Virus record (IMG/VR): IMGVR_UViG_3300020440_000982
Coordinates: 1 to 32,265 of that record
Source of the DNA: a virus
Taxonomy: Duplodnaviria; Caudoviricetes
Length of the DNA stretch: 32,265 nucleotides
Reading direction: 5' to 3' (one strand)
Made by a program: the position numbers and the translations under genes. The notes under the pieces were generated by a model. It was not told the DNA's origin and searched no databases. It saw only the letters and a program-made list of their open reading frames with translations. This document shows positions 1 to 8,338 of this stretch, piece after piece (the first letter of the stretch is position 1; every line of letters starts with the position of its first letter).

Positions 1-1
1 A

Positions 2-82
2 GTGGCTTCTTTTAGTACTAATAACTTTACCGTAACAAGTGGTGATGTTGCTGTTACTACAATTGATGGTGGTATATTCTAA
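2..82 (+). CDS. 3' end of an upstream tail-fibre-like protein (partial)
   Basis: Open frame from base 2 reads VASFSTNNFTVTSGDVAVTTIDGGIF-stop. TAA 80-82 overlaps the next ATG (TAATG). An IDGGxF ending is typical of marine T4-like fibre proteins. Confidence 0.6.
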   Translation: MASFSTNNFTVTSGDVAVTTIDGGIF

Positions 83-462
83 TGTCTACCGTAATTAAAC
101 CAAAAAGAAGTTTTACCTCTGCCGCTGTACCTAGTGTTTCTGATTTAGAAATAGGTGAATTGGCAATGAATGTTGCAGATGGTAAGTTTTATACAAAATC
201 AAATTCATCAACAATTAAAGAAGTTGGTGGTGCAAGTGCTGTAAACATACAATCAGTCCTACAGGCTGGTGCTGTTGCAACTACAGACTTGACAATGAAT
301 AACGCAAACATAATTTTTGAAGGTGCTACACCAGACGCCTTTGAAACAACTTTAACGGTAGAAGACCCGACTGGTGATAGAACGGTTAAACTACCAAATT
401 CAAGTGGTACACTTGCATTGACAGGAGATATTCTTGCCTTTGCTGTTGTATTTGGAGGATAG
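82..462 (+). CDS. Short tail-fibre-related protein with T4 gp37-like N-terminal motif
   Basis: IKPKRS..AAVP...LEIGELAMNVADGKFYTK resembles the T4 gp37 N-terminus (IQFKRS...LAEGELAINLKD..IFTK). IIFEGATPDAFETTLTVEDPTGDRTVKLPNSSGTL is a recurrent marine-phage fibre segment. Confidence 0.6.
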   Translation: MSTVIKPKRSFTSAAVPSVSDLEIGELAMNVADGKFYTKSNSSTIKEVGGASAVNIQSVLQAGAVATTDLTMNNANIIFEGATPDAFETTLTVEDPTGDRTVKLPNSSGTLALTGDILAFAVVFGG

Positions 463-467
463 ATTAA

Positions 468-797
468 ATGGCAAGTGCTTTTAAAAATGCAGGACAGGCA
501 AATCCTACTACAGATGACGCAACAGCAGATGTATATACTGCACCGTCAAATGGTACTGCCGTTCTTCACGCTGTTTACATTTCAAACACAAATGCTTCGC
601 AAGAAGCAGATATAGATGTAAAAGTTACAATAGACGGTGGCACAACTTATAGAAGTTTGTTATCAGGAATTAAAGTCCCACAAAACAATACTTTTATATT
701 AGATAAACCTGTAAATTTAGAGGCAAACGACAAAATTAGAGTAGTTTCAAGTATTACAAACACCGATACATTTATTTCGGTATTAGAGAATACATAA
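468..797 (+). CDS. Small beta-rich virion/fibre-associated protein
   Basis: 109 aa, GGAGGA RBS upstream. MAxxFKN...VYTAP...V.ISN...LDKPVNLEANDKIRV pattern is seen next to fibre genes in marine phages. Confidence 0.55.
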   Translation: MASAFKNAGQANPTTDDATADVYTAPSNGTAVLHAVYISNTNASQEADIDVKVTIDGGTTYRSLLSGIKVPQNNTFILDKPVNLEANDKIRVVSSITNTDTFISVLENT

Positions 798-809
798 GAT
801 TAAAAATAG

Positions 810-817
810 TATAAATA
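810..817 (+). promoter_or_regulatory. T4-type late promoter (TATAAATA)
   Basis: Exact gp55 consensus in the intergenic gap, about 20 nt before ATG 837. Confidence 0.8.
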
Positions 818-836
818 TAACAAAGAGGATTAAAAA

Positions 837-1334
837 ATGGCATTAGCATTACCAACAGGAGCATCCCAGGCAGTTGCCGTAGACGCTTCAGGTGCTCAAA
901 TTAGTAACGAGTTTGCTATGCACGCCCTTAACCGTGATGTAAATGGACTATTAGTTTACACAAAGGTAAAATTAGATAGTAATGATAGTGTTGAAGTTAA
1001 TAGTGGTGAAGGTTTTGGTTTTAATGGTTTTGAAGGTATGGCATTAGGTAAGGCAAGTGATGGTTCAACTGACCAAAACTCATTACAAAGTGACCATAAT
1101 GAAGGAACAGATGTTCACTATCAAACCAATGCACAATTTAGAAAGTATCAACAATCCAGATTTGATAGTTTAAAATTGTTCTATTTTTTAAATGATGATG
1201 GTATGTTAGTCGCTAGATACCAAAACGATTATACATACGCAACTGGTGAAAATGCTACTAGTACAACTGGTAGTAACTGGACACCAAGTGGTGGAAGTTA
1301 TTACACCGACAGCAATATTAACAGGTACTTGTAA
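837..1334 (+). CDS. Hypothetical protein, putative fibre adaptor
   Basis: 165-aa ORF with GAGGA RBS and its own late promoter. Weak similarity to the C-terminal domain of the next ORF. Confidence 0.55.
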   Translation: MALALPTGASQAVAVDASGAQISNEFAMHALNRDVNGLLVYTKVKLDSNDSVEVNSGEGFGFNGFEGMALGKASDGSTDQNSLQSDHNEGTDVHYQTNAQFRKYQQSRFDSLKLFYFLNDDGMLVARYQNDYTYATGENATSTTGSNWTPSGGSYYTDSNINRYL

Positions 1335-1362
1335 AACAAAGAATTAAAAGAGAGAGATAAAA

Positions 1363-4300
1363 ATGGCAGATTTTATTTTAGGAAGACTTAAATTCCACTT
1401 CAAAGGGGATTGGGCAACAACAACCGTCTATATTAAAGACGATGTAGTCCGACACGGTGGTAATACTTTTGTCGCAATGGTTAACCACACAGGTGGAACT
1501 TTTGCAACAGACTTGGCGTCAGTCAAATGGAAAAAGATGGCGGCAGGGCAAGAATGGAAAGGTGCTTGGGCGGCAACTACCGTTTACAAAGTAGACGATG
1601 TAGTCCAATGGGGTGGTTCAACATATGTTTGTAATACTGCTCACACTTCACAATCAGATTTATATGACGACAATTCAAAATGGACATCATTCGTTCCAGG
1701 GTTTAATTGGACTGGTACATATGCGGCTGCCACAGCATATAAAGTCAATGACCTTGCAAAATATGGTGCCAATGTTTATATCTGTACCGTAGAACATACA
1801 AGTGCTTCTACTATAGATACTTCAAAATTTAATGTATTTGTTTCTGGACTAGAGTTTGAGGATTCTTATAACTCTGCTACTGCCTATCAGGCTGGAGACA
1901 TTGTTACATATGGTGGATATAATTATCTTGCCGAACAACAATCAACAGGTCAAACACCTTACAACAACGCCACATATTGGAAAGTTTTAACAACTGGTTT
2001 CAAAATGGTTGGAACATATGCTGGTGGTACTGCATACAAAACTGGTGATGTAGTTAGATATGGTGGTCATACATATGTTGCAAAAACAGACGCAACTGGT
2101 ATTGTACCAACAACAACTGCAACTTGGGATAAACTAAATGAAGGTTTAACTTGGAGAAACACTTGGGCAAGTACAACTGAATATGCACCTGGCGATGGTG
2201 TTGTATATGGTTCATCTTCTTATATTGCTGTTTCTGCTCATACGGCTGCAACTGCAAACAGACCAGATAATGATAGTGGTGGAGTATATTGGAATTTACT
2301 TGCAGAAGGTGATAGTAACTATGTAACTACTACAAGAGGTGACCTATTAACTAGAAACGCTACACAAAATATTAGATTAGGTATTGGAACAACTGGTTCA
2401 ACTTTAGTATCAGATGGTACTGATATTTCTTGGGCAGTTCCAGGAACATCAGCAAATGTTTACTATGTTGCTAAACACGGTGCAGATAATGACCCTTCTT
2501 CTGATACAGGAAGAGGAACTTCATTAGACAAACCTTGGTTAACAATTGCTTACGCATTAAATTGGATGAATACAAATGTTTCCGCTTCAACAAACAAAAC
2601 TTTATATGTAAAAACTGGAGAATATTCAGAGGCACTACCTATCGTGGTTGGTGCAAATACACAGGTTATCGGAGATGGCTTAAGAAGTACTAGAGTAGTA
2701 CCTGCCTCTGGTAACTCAACTGCTACTGGATTAACTAACACACCTAACGCAAGAGCAGATATGTTCAGAGTTAGAAATGGTACTACATTCGCTGGATTTA
2801 CATTTAGTGGTATGTTAGGAACTATGACTACTGCTGACGCAAACGGTGTCGCAAGACCTACTACTACTGACGGTGCTACTAGAAGTGGTGTTGTATTTGC
2901 ATTAGACCCAGGAACTGGTGTTGCAGATACTTCAACTCATATTACAACTAAATCACCATTCATTCAAAACTGCTCACACTTTGGAACAGGTTCAGTAGGT
3001 ATTAAGATTGATGGTGCTTTACACAACTCTGGTAACCGTTCTATACTTGCAAATGACTTTACACAAATTACTTCTGGTGGAGTAGGTGTATGGGTACTTG
3101 CAAACGCAAAATCAGAATTAGTATCAGTATTCACATATTACGCACACCACGGATATCTTGCAGATAGTGGTGGTGTTATTCGTTCACTAAATTCAAACAA
3201 CTCATATGGAGAGTATGGTTCAACTGCCGCTGGTATTGACGCAAACGAAACTCCATATACTGGTAATGTTGATTTAAGAAATAATGAGGCTCAAGTTGGA
3301 AGAGTATTAGTATCTGGTTCAGGTATTGGTAGATTAGAATTACAATACGCTGGAGAAAGTTATTCTTCTGCTACAATCTCACTTGCAGGTTCTGGTGCCT
3401 CTGGTGGCGCTACTGCTAATATTGCAAACGGTGCTGTTAAGTATATTGAAATGGCAACAAATGGTGCTACTCACTTTACTACAACAGGATTTGCACAATC
3501 TGGAACTGCAAGTACAATTAAACTTGCCGCTTCTGATACACAACCAGACGATTTCTATAACGGAATGAGAATTACGGTTTATACTGGAACAGGTTATGGT
3601 AACACAGGTGTTATCGCAGACTATGTTGCTTCAACAAAAACTTGTACGATACAAAAAGAAAACGGTACTGCTGGATTTGATGTATTCGTAAACTCTGGTT
3701 TATCTGCCGCTTCTTCTTTTGATACAACTTCAGGATATGAAATTGAACCTAGAGTAACATTATCTGGTGGTGGTTCTCCTACAAGAGACGCACTCGCAAG
3801 AGCAGTTGTAGAAAATCAACAAGTTTCAAAAATTCTTATATTAGATGGTGGGGCAGGATATTCTTCTGCACCAACCGTAACAATTACTGACCCTAACGCA
3901 AGTACGGTTGCTACTGCAACTTCATATATTGGTAATGGTGTTATCTCACAAACAACGGTATCAAGTGCTGGTTCTGGATATAAAACAGAAACAACTACTG
4001 CAACGATAACTGGTGATGGTTATGCTGAAATATCAAGTGCTGGAACTGCGTTTGTCAGATTAACTGGATTATCTAAATCACCTACAGGTGGTGACATAGT
4101 TGAGTTTGCTGGAATAACTGGACAGGCTTACTATGTTGTATCAGTAACAGGTTATTCAAGTGGTGCTGGTCTTGTTAGAGTTAACCCTAAATTTACAACT
4201 TCTAATAAACCTACACACTCTGAAACTGCAACTTTAAGAAGTAACTACTCAAACATTAGATTGACTGGTCACGATTTCTTATCAGTTGGTACAGGTGGTT

Positions 4301-5064
4301 TCTCAACAACAAATTATCCTAACACACCAACACAGGCTGCTGACCCTAACGATGAAGTCTTTGAGGCAGATAGAGGAAGAGTATTCTACTCATCTACTGA
4401 CCAAGATGGTAACTTTAGAGTTGGTAACTTATTTAAAGTAGAACAGGCAACTGGTAAGGCGACATTGAACGCCGAGGCATTTGACCTTTCTGGTCTACAA
4501 GAATTATCATTGGGTTCAAATGCTCAAGGTAATTTTGGTGCAACGATTAATGAATTCAGTACAGATGGTACATTGGCAGATAACTCTGATACCGCTCTTG
4601 TAACTGAAAGGGCAATTAAGACATATGTTGATGGTCAACTTGGTGGTGGTCAAAATGACTTGTCAGTTAACTCATTAACTGCTGGTTCAGTAACAATTAC
4701 TGGAACTGCAATGTCTACAACTGGAGTAAGTGGAACAGATGTAAACTTATCAATTGGTACACAAAATAACGGTATTGTTACTTTTGGCGCTCAAACGCAA
4801 ATTGGAATAACTCCTACTGCGGCCAACGATATAGTTAATAAATCATATGTTGACGCACAAGGTACTCCAACTTTACAGACTTTATCTATTGATGATGTAG
4901 ATTTATCATTAAAGAGAAGAGTAATTACTAACGCAAGTGAATTAATACAAAAAGAAAGTGCTTTCTTTGACGGGACAGATTCCGCTGAAGGCTTTGAAAT
5001 TATCAACGGCACAATGCAAATAAACATTGATAAGGCTGGGGACTTGGTAATAGAAACAACATAA
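1363..5064 (+). CDS. Large virion structural/tail-fibre protein: six CBM5/12-like repeats, pectin-lyase-like beta-helix, GxGY repeats
   Basis: N-terminal repeats, then NVYYVAKHGADND...GTSLDKPWLTIAYAL...LYVKTGEYSE..PIVV...VIGDGLRST (beta-helix start), ILDGGAGYSSAPTVTI-type repeats, and GRVFYSSTDQDGNFRVG as in T4-like cyanophage structural proteins. Confidence 0.75.
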   Translation: MADFILGRLKFHFKGDWATTTVYIKDDVVRHGGNTFVAMVNHTGGTFATDLASVKWKKMAAGQEWKGAWAATTVYKVDDVVQWGGSTYVCNTAHTSQSDLYDDNSKWTSFVPGFNWTGTYAAATAYKVNDLAKYGANVYICTVEHTSASTIDTSKFNVFVSGLEFEDSYNSATAYQAGDIVTYGGYNYLAEQQSTGQTPYNNATYWKVLTTGFKMVGTYAGGTAYKTGDVVRYGGHTYVAKTDATGIVPTTTATWDKLNEGLTWRNTWASTTEYAPGDGVVYGSSSYIAVSAHTAATANRPDNDSGGVYWNLLAEGDSNYVTTTRGDLLTRNATQNIRLGIGTTGSTLVSDGTDISWAVPGTSANVYYVAKHGADNDPSSDTGRGTSLDKPWLTIAYALNWMNTNVSASTNKTLYVKTGEYSEALPIVVGANTQVIGDGLRSTRVVPASGNSTATGLTNTPNARADMFRVRNGTTFAGFTFSGMLGTMTTADANGVARPTTTDGATRSGVVFALDPGTGVADTSTHITTKSPFIQNCSHFGTGSVGIKIDGALHNSGNRSILANDFTQITSGGVGVWVLANAKSELVSVFTYYAHHGYLADSGGVIRSLNSNNSYGEYGSTAAGIDANETPYTGNVDLRNNEAQVGRVLVSGSGIGRLELQYAGESYSSATISLAGSGASGGATANIANGAVKYIEMATNGATHFTTTGFAQSGTASTIKLAASDTQPDDFYNGMRITVYTGTGYGNTGVIADYVASTKTCTIQKENGTAGFDVFVNSGLSAASSFDTTSGYEIEPRVTLSGGGSPTRDALARAVVENQQVSKILILDGGAGYSSAPTVTITDPNASTVATATSYIGNGVISQTTVSSAGSGYKTETTTATITGDGYAEISSAGTAFVRLTGLSKSPTGGDIVEFAGITGQAYYVVSVTGYSSGAGLVRVNPKFTTSNKPTHSETATLRSNYSNIRLTGHDFLSVGTGGFSTTNYPNTPTQAADPNDEVFEADRGRVFYSSTDQDGNFRVGNLFKVEQATGKATLNAEAFDLSGLQELSLGSNAQGNFGATINEFSTDGTLADNSDTALVTERAIKTYVDGQLGGGQNDLSVNSLTAGSVTITGTAMSTTGVSGTDVNLSIGTQNNGIVTFGAQTQIGITPTAANDIVNKSYVDAQGTPTLQTLSIDDVDLSLKRRVITNASELIQKESAFFDGTDSAEGFEIINGTMQINIDKAGDLVIETT
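1393..2310 (+). repeat. Six tandem ~50-aa protein repeats (F/WxGxW/Y...Y..xDxVxYGGxxYVc...W)
   Basis: Units start FHFKGDW, QEWKGAW, FNWTGTY, LEFEDSY, FKMVGTY, LTWRNTW. Diverged at DNA level. Confidence 0.85.
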
Positions 5065-5067
5065 ATA
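5060..5067 (+). promoter_or_regulatory. Late promoter variant (CATAAATA) overlapping the stop codon
   Basis: ATAAATA core about 25 nt before ATG 5092. Confidence 0.65.
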
Positions 5068-5091
5068 ATAGTAAATTAGGAAGATAAAAAA

Positions 5092-8000
5092 ATGGCAACA
5101 ACAAAAACTAGAATTGGAAACCTGTTTTTTAACTATCAAGGTGAATATTCAAGTACAAAGACATATTTTAAAGATGATGTCGTTATGTACAATAACACAG
5201 ATTATATTTGTGTTAAGAATTCATCGGTTACAGGAACTTCTCCATTAGACAACGAAAGACACTATATAAGATTAACTAAAGAAACTTCTGCTTCTACTGG
5301 CGGTGACGCATACAGGTGGGACGCTGAGGCTGCTTGGCCTGCTGCCGAGAAACAATTTAAGGTTGGAGATACATTAGTACTTTACCAAGACGGAAATGAT
5401 TTTGATGACAATAAAGTTGCCTTTGCCACAACTTCTTCTTCTAAAGAGAATAATGTATTACACGAAGATGTAACTTACTTCCTAGACGGAAAGTCAGTTG
5501 GTGCTGGAACTACAACTGGAGAATATTTTAATACTTCAAGTTTCAACAACGCAACTTCAAGAGAAATAAGAATAGAATTTACAAACGATACACCAGATGA
5601 AATTTATATGTTTTCATATGATAATCCATCTGCTAGTTGGGGACCAAAAATAGTTGTTGCCAAACAAAATACTTGGAAATCAATTAGACAATCGTTTAAG
5701 TGGAGAGGTAATCACGACAATACAAATGCAAGTGGTTCATACAACACATATTATCCAAATGATATTGTAAGAGTAAATGTATCATTAGATAATGACTTCT
5801 CTACAAATAACCAGTACTCTGGTGACCAAATTAACAGAGTAAGAGCAACTTATATCTGTATTAAACAACATACTACAGATGGTACAGACAAATACTTACC
5901 TTGGGAACAAGAAAAAGATACTGCCGCTAACAAATATTGGGAAAGAGTTTCAGAAGAAGATACTTTTGATGATGAAATTATAACTGATAGTGGTGCTGTT
6001 ACTGCAATTAACAATGTATCTGCCGCTTCACCTAGTAGACAGGCAGGAACTTATAAATTTGTAAATTGTGTCAATGTAACTGCTGACGCTGAAAACTCTG
6101 GCGCAGGAAGAACAGGCGGATGTAATCCACCTATGTTTGATGTAACTATTGATGGTTACCAATCTGCAAAAACTTTTACAATTACAACTAAAGGCCATTA
6201 CAAGAGAAAGAAAGGTAGATACTTAAATGTAACTCACACTTCTACTTCTGGTGCTGGTTCTAACTCATATTGGGACTTTGAAGTAGACCAAGAAGGTAAT
6301 GTTACTGCAACAATTACTCCTAAATCATTAGGTGGTCAACAAGGTGGTCTTGGATATGCTGTTAACGAAGTATTAACTTTCGGGGATTCACTATTCGGTA
6401 GTGGAGGTGCTCCAGATGTATCAATGACAATTAACTCAATTGGTACTTGGGGTCTAGTTAATTTAACTCTTGCGAAAGATGAGAAAAAAGGATATCAAAG
6501 GTCTCGTTGGGGCGATGATGACAATGCTGAAACATTAGGTGGTGAAAACAATGCCGCTTCTGACCAATTAAGAGTAGATGGTCAAGTATTCTATTCTTCT
6601 GCGAATGTAACTTTTGATGTTGTTTCAACTCAAAAGAAGGCAAGAGGATATCAAAACAAATTTTCTGGTAACAGATTAGAATGTATGGCTTTATCAAATG
6701 AAGAAGGTCCAATTGGAGATGACAACAAGTATTACAGATTACCTGGTCAATTCCAACAATCACAATGTTACAACTGGCCTTGTTTCATTAATGGTAGAGG
6801 TTCAATAACTTCTTGGGGTTCAAACTCAAATGGACAAAACGGATTAAACCAAGGTTCAATTCTAACTGGTGTTGGTATGGTATTCCCATTCCTAGACTGG
6901 TACAGAAGTGGAGACAATGGTGGTTCTGGTATTCATACAACTCCTGATGGAGAAGTACCAAAGGCAATACAATTAATTTCTGGATATGAAAGTGGTATGG
7001 CACTATTCAACAATGGAGAAGTTTACCATTGGGGTTATGGTGGTCACGGACAAAGTGGTGACGCTTCTACTTCAACTAGAAGTTATCCTGCAAGATGTGG
7101 TGGAACATATCAAGAAGTTTATTTGGCTGCAAATACTTCAACTCACACATTTAAAGATACAAGAATTAAAAGAATTTACTTAACTAATTGGGGTGGTGAT
7201 AATAATACTAACACTCACTCTTGTTATGCGTTAGATACTGATGGCGAATTATGGGCTTGGGGTTATAACGGATACGGTCAATTAGGACAAAACAATACAA
7301 CTAATTTAAGTAGACCTACAAAGATTAATAAATCAACTTATTTCAATGGAAATAAAATTGTTGCTTTCTGGACTGCTGGTGCTGGTTACGCTTTCTGTTT
7401 CGCACTAGATACTGCTGGAAAATTATACTCTTGGGGATACAATGGTTATGGTGTTCTAGGACACAATAACACAACTAACTTATCAGTACCAACTGAAATA
7501 ACTGGTGTTACTTTTGACAACGGTTCAGCAAATGCTGGTAAGATTAAAAAATTATTAGTAGATAGTCAACAATCATATCAAAGATGTGCTATTCTTACTG
7601 AAAAAGGTAAGATATATTGGACAGGTAGAAATGAATATGGTTGGGCGATGATGGGAAATACTACAGATGTAAGTACATTTACAATTATGTCTAGTGGTCC
7701 AGGTTCTGGAACATATTCAGATTGTGCTAATATGTGGTTTACAGGTAATGGAAGATATGCGAGTTTCTGGACTAAAGATAGTACAGGTTCAATTAGATGT
7801 TGTGGTTACAATGGTAACTATGAACTTGGTATTGGAAACTCAACTAACCAATCTGCTCCTGTTACACCTAAATGGCAAATTAATGGAACAACTACTTCAG
7901 ATTTAAGTAACATTAAAGAAATTGGATGTAACTCTGAATATGGTAACCAATGGATGTGTAATGTATGGGTTTTAACTTACGATGGATTTATGTTCAATGT

Positions 8001-8310
8001 AGGTAGAAACAATTACGGACTTGGTGCTCAAGGTTGGTCTTCTGATTATACAAACAGACAATCAACTAACGCAATTGAAGAAACAGATGATTATTACTTC
8101 CAAATGCAAAGAATGCCTAATTTTGCTCACGGCAAGGTAGAAAGTGTAAAAGGAAGAGGATATTACTCTAGTGATGGTAACAGATACCACTTTAGAGAAA
8201 TAAAAACTTTTGATAACAGGTATTTAATATGGGGTTATGGGGGAGATTATATTCAAGGTCAAAATGACGGAAACTATGCTTCAACACCACAACCAGCAGT
8301 ATTAGGTTAA
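5092..8310 (+). CDS. Putative receptor-binding/tail protein with C-terminal RCC1-like beta-propeller (paralogue 1)
   Basis: N-terminal CBM-like units. C-terminal repeats LDTDGELWAWGYNGYGQLG, LDTAGKLYSWGYNGYGVLG, GKIYWTGRNEYG, CCGYNGNYELG. Confidence 0.75.
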   Translation: MATTKTRIGNLFFNYQGEYSSTKTYFKDDVVMYNNTDYICVKNSSVTGTSPLDNERHYIRLTKETSASTGGDAYRWDAEAAWPAAEKQFKVGDTLVLYQDGNDFDDNKVAFATTSSSKENNVLHEDVTYFLDGKSVGAGTTTGEYFNTSSFNNATSREIRIEFTNDTPDEIYMFSYDNPSASWGPKIVVAKQNTWKSIRQSFKWRGNHDNTNASGSYNTYYPNDIVRVNVSLDNDFSTNNQYSGDQINRVRATYICIKQHTTDGTDKYLPWEQEKDTAANKYWERVSEEDTFDDEIITDSGAVTAINNVSAASPSRQAGTYKFVNCVNVTADAENSGAGRTGGCNPPMFDVTIDGYQSAKTFTITTKGHYKRKKGRYLNVTHTSTSGAGSNSYWDFEVDQEGNVTATITPKSLGGQQGGLGYAVNEVLTFGDSLFGSGGAPDVSMTINSIGTWGLVNLTLAKDEKKGYQRSRWGDDDNAETLGGENNAASDQLRVDGQVFYSSANVTFDVVSTQKKARGYQNKFSGNRLECMALSNEEGPIGDDNKYYRLPGQFQQSQCYNWPCFINGRGSITSWGSNSNGQNGLNQGSILTGVGMVFPFLDWYRSGDNGGSGIHTTPDGEVPKAIQLISGYESGMALFNNGEVYHWGYGGHGQSGDASTSTRSYPARCGGTYQEVYLAANTSTHTFKDTRIKRIYLTNWGGDNNTNTHSCYALDTDGELWAWGYNGYGQLGQNNTTNLSRPTKINKSTYFNGNKIVAFWTAGAGYAFCFALDTAGKLYSWGYNGYGVLGHNNTTNLSVPTEITGVTFDNGSANAGKIKKLLVDSQQSYQRCAILTEKGKIYWTGRNEYGWAMMGNTTDVSTFTIMSSGPGSGTYSDCANMWFTGNGRYASFWTKDSTGSIRCCGYNGNYELGIGNSTNQSAPVTPKWQINGTTTSDLSNIKEIGCNSEYGNQWMCNVWVLTYDGFMFNVGRNNYGLGAQGWSSDYTNRQSTNAIEETDDYYFQMQRMPNFAHGKVESVKGRGYYSSDGNRYHFREIKTFDNRYLIWGYGGDYIQGQNDGNYASTPQPAVLG

Positions 8311-8316
8311 TAAATA
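8309..8316 (+). promoter_or_regulatory. Late promoter variant (AATAAATA)
   Basis: ATAAATA core at the gene junction, about 23 nt before ATG 8339. Confidence 0.6.
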
Positions 8317-8338
8317 GTAATTAAGATAGGAAACTAAA

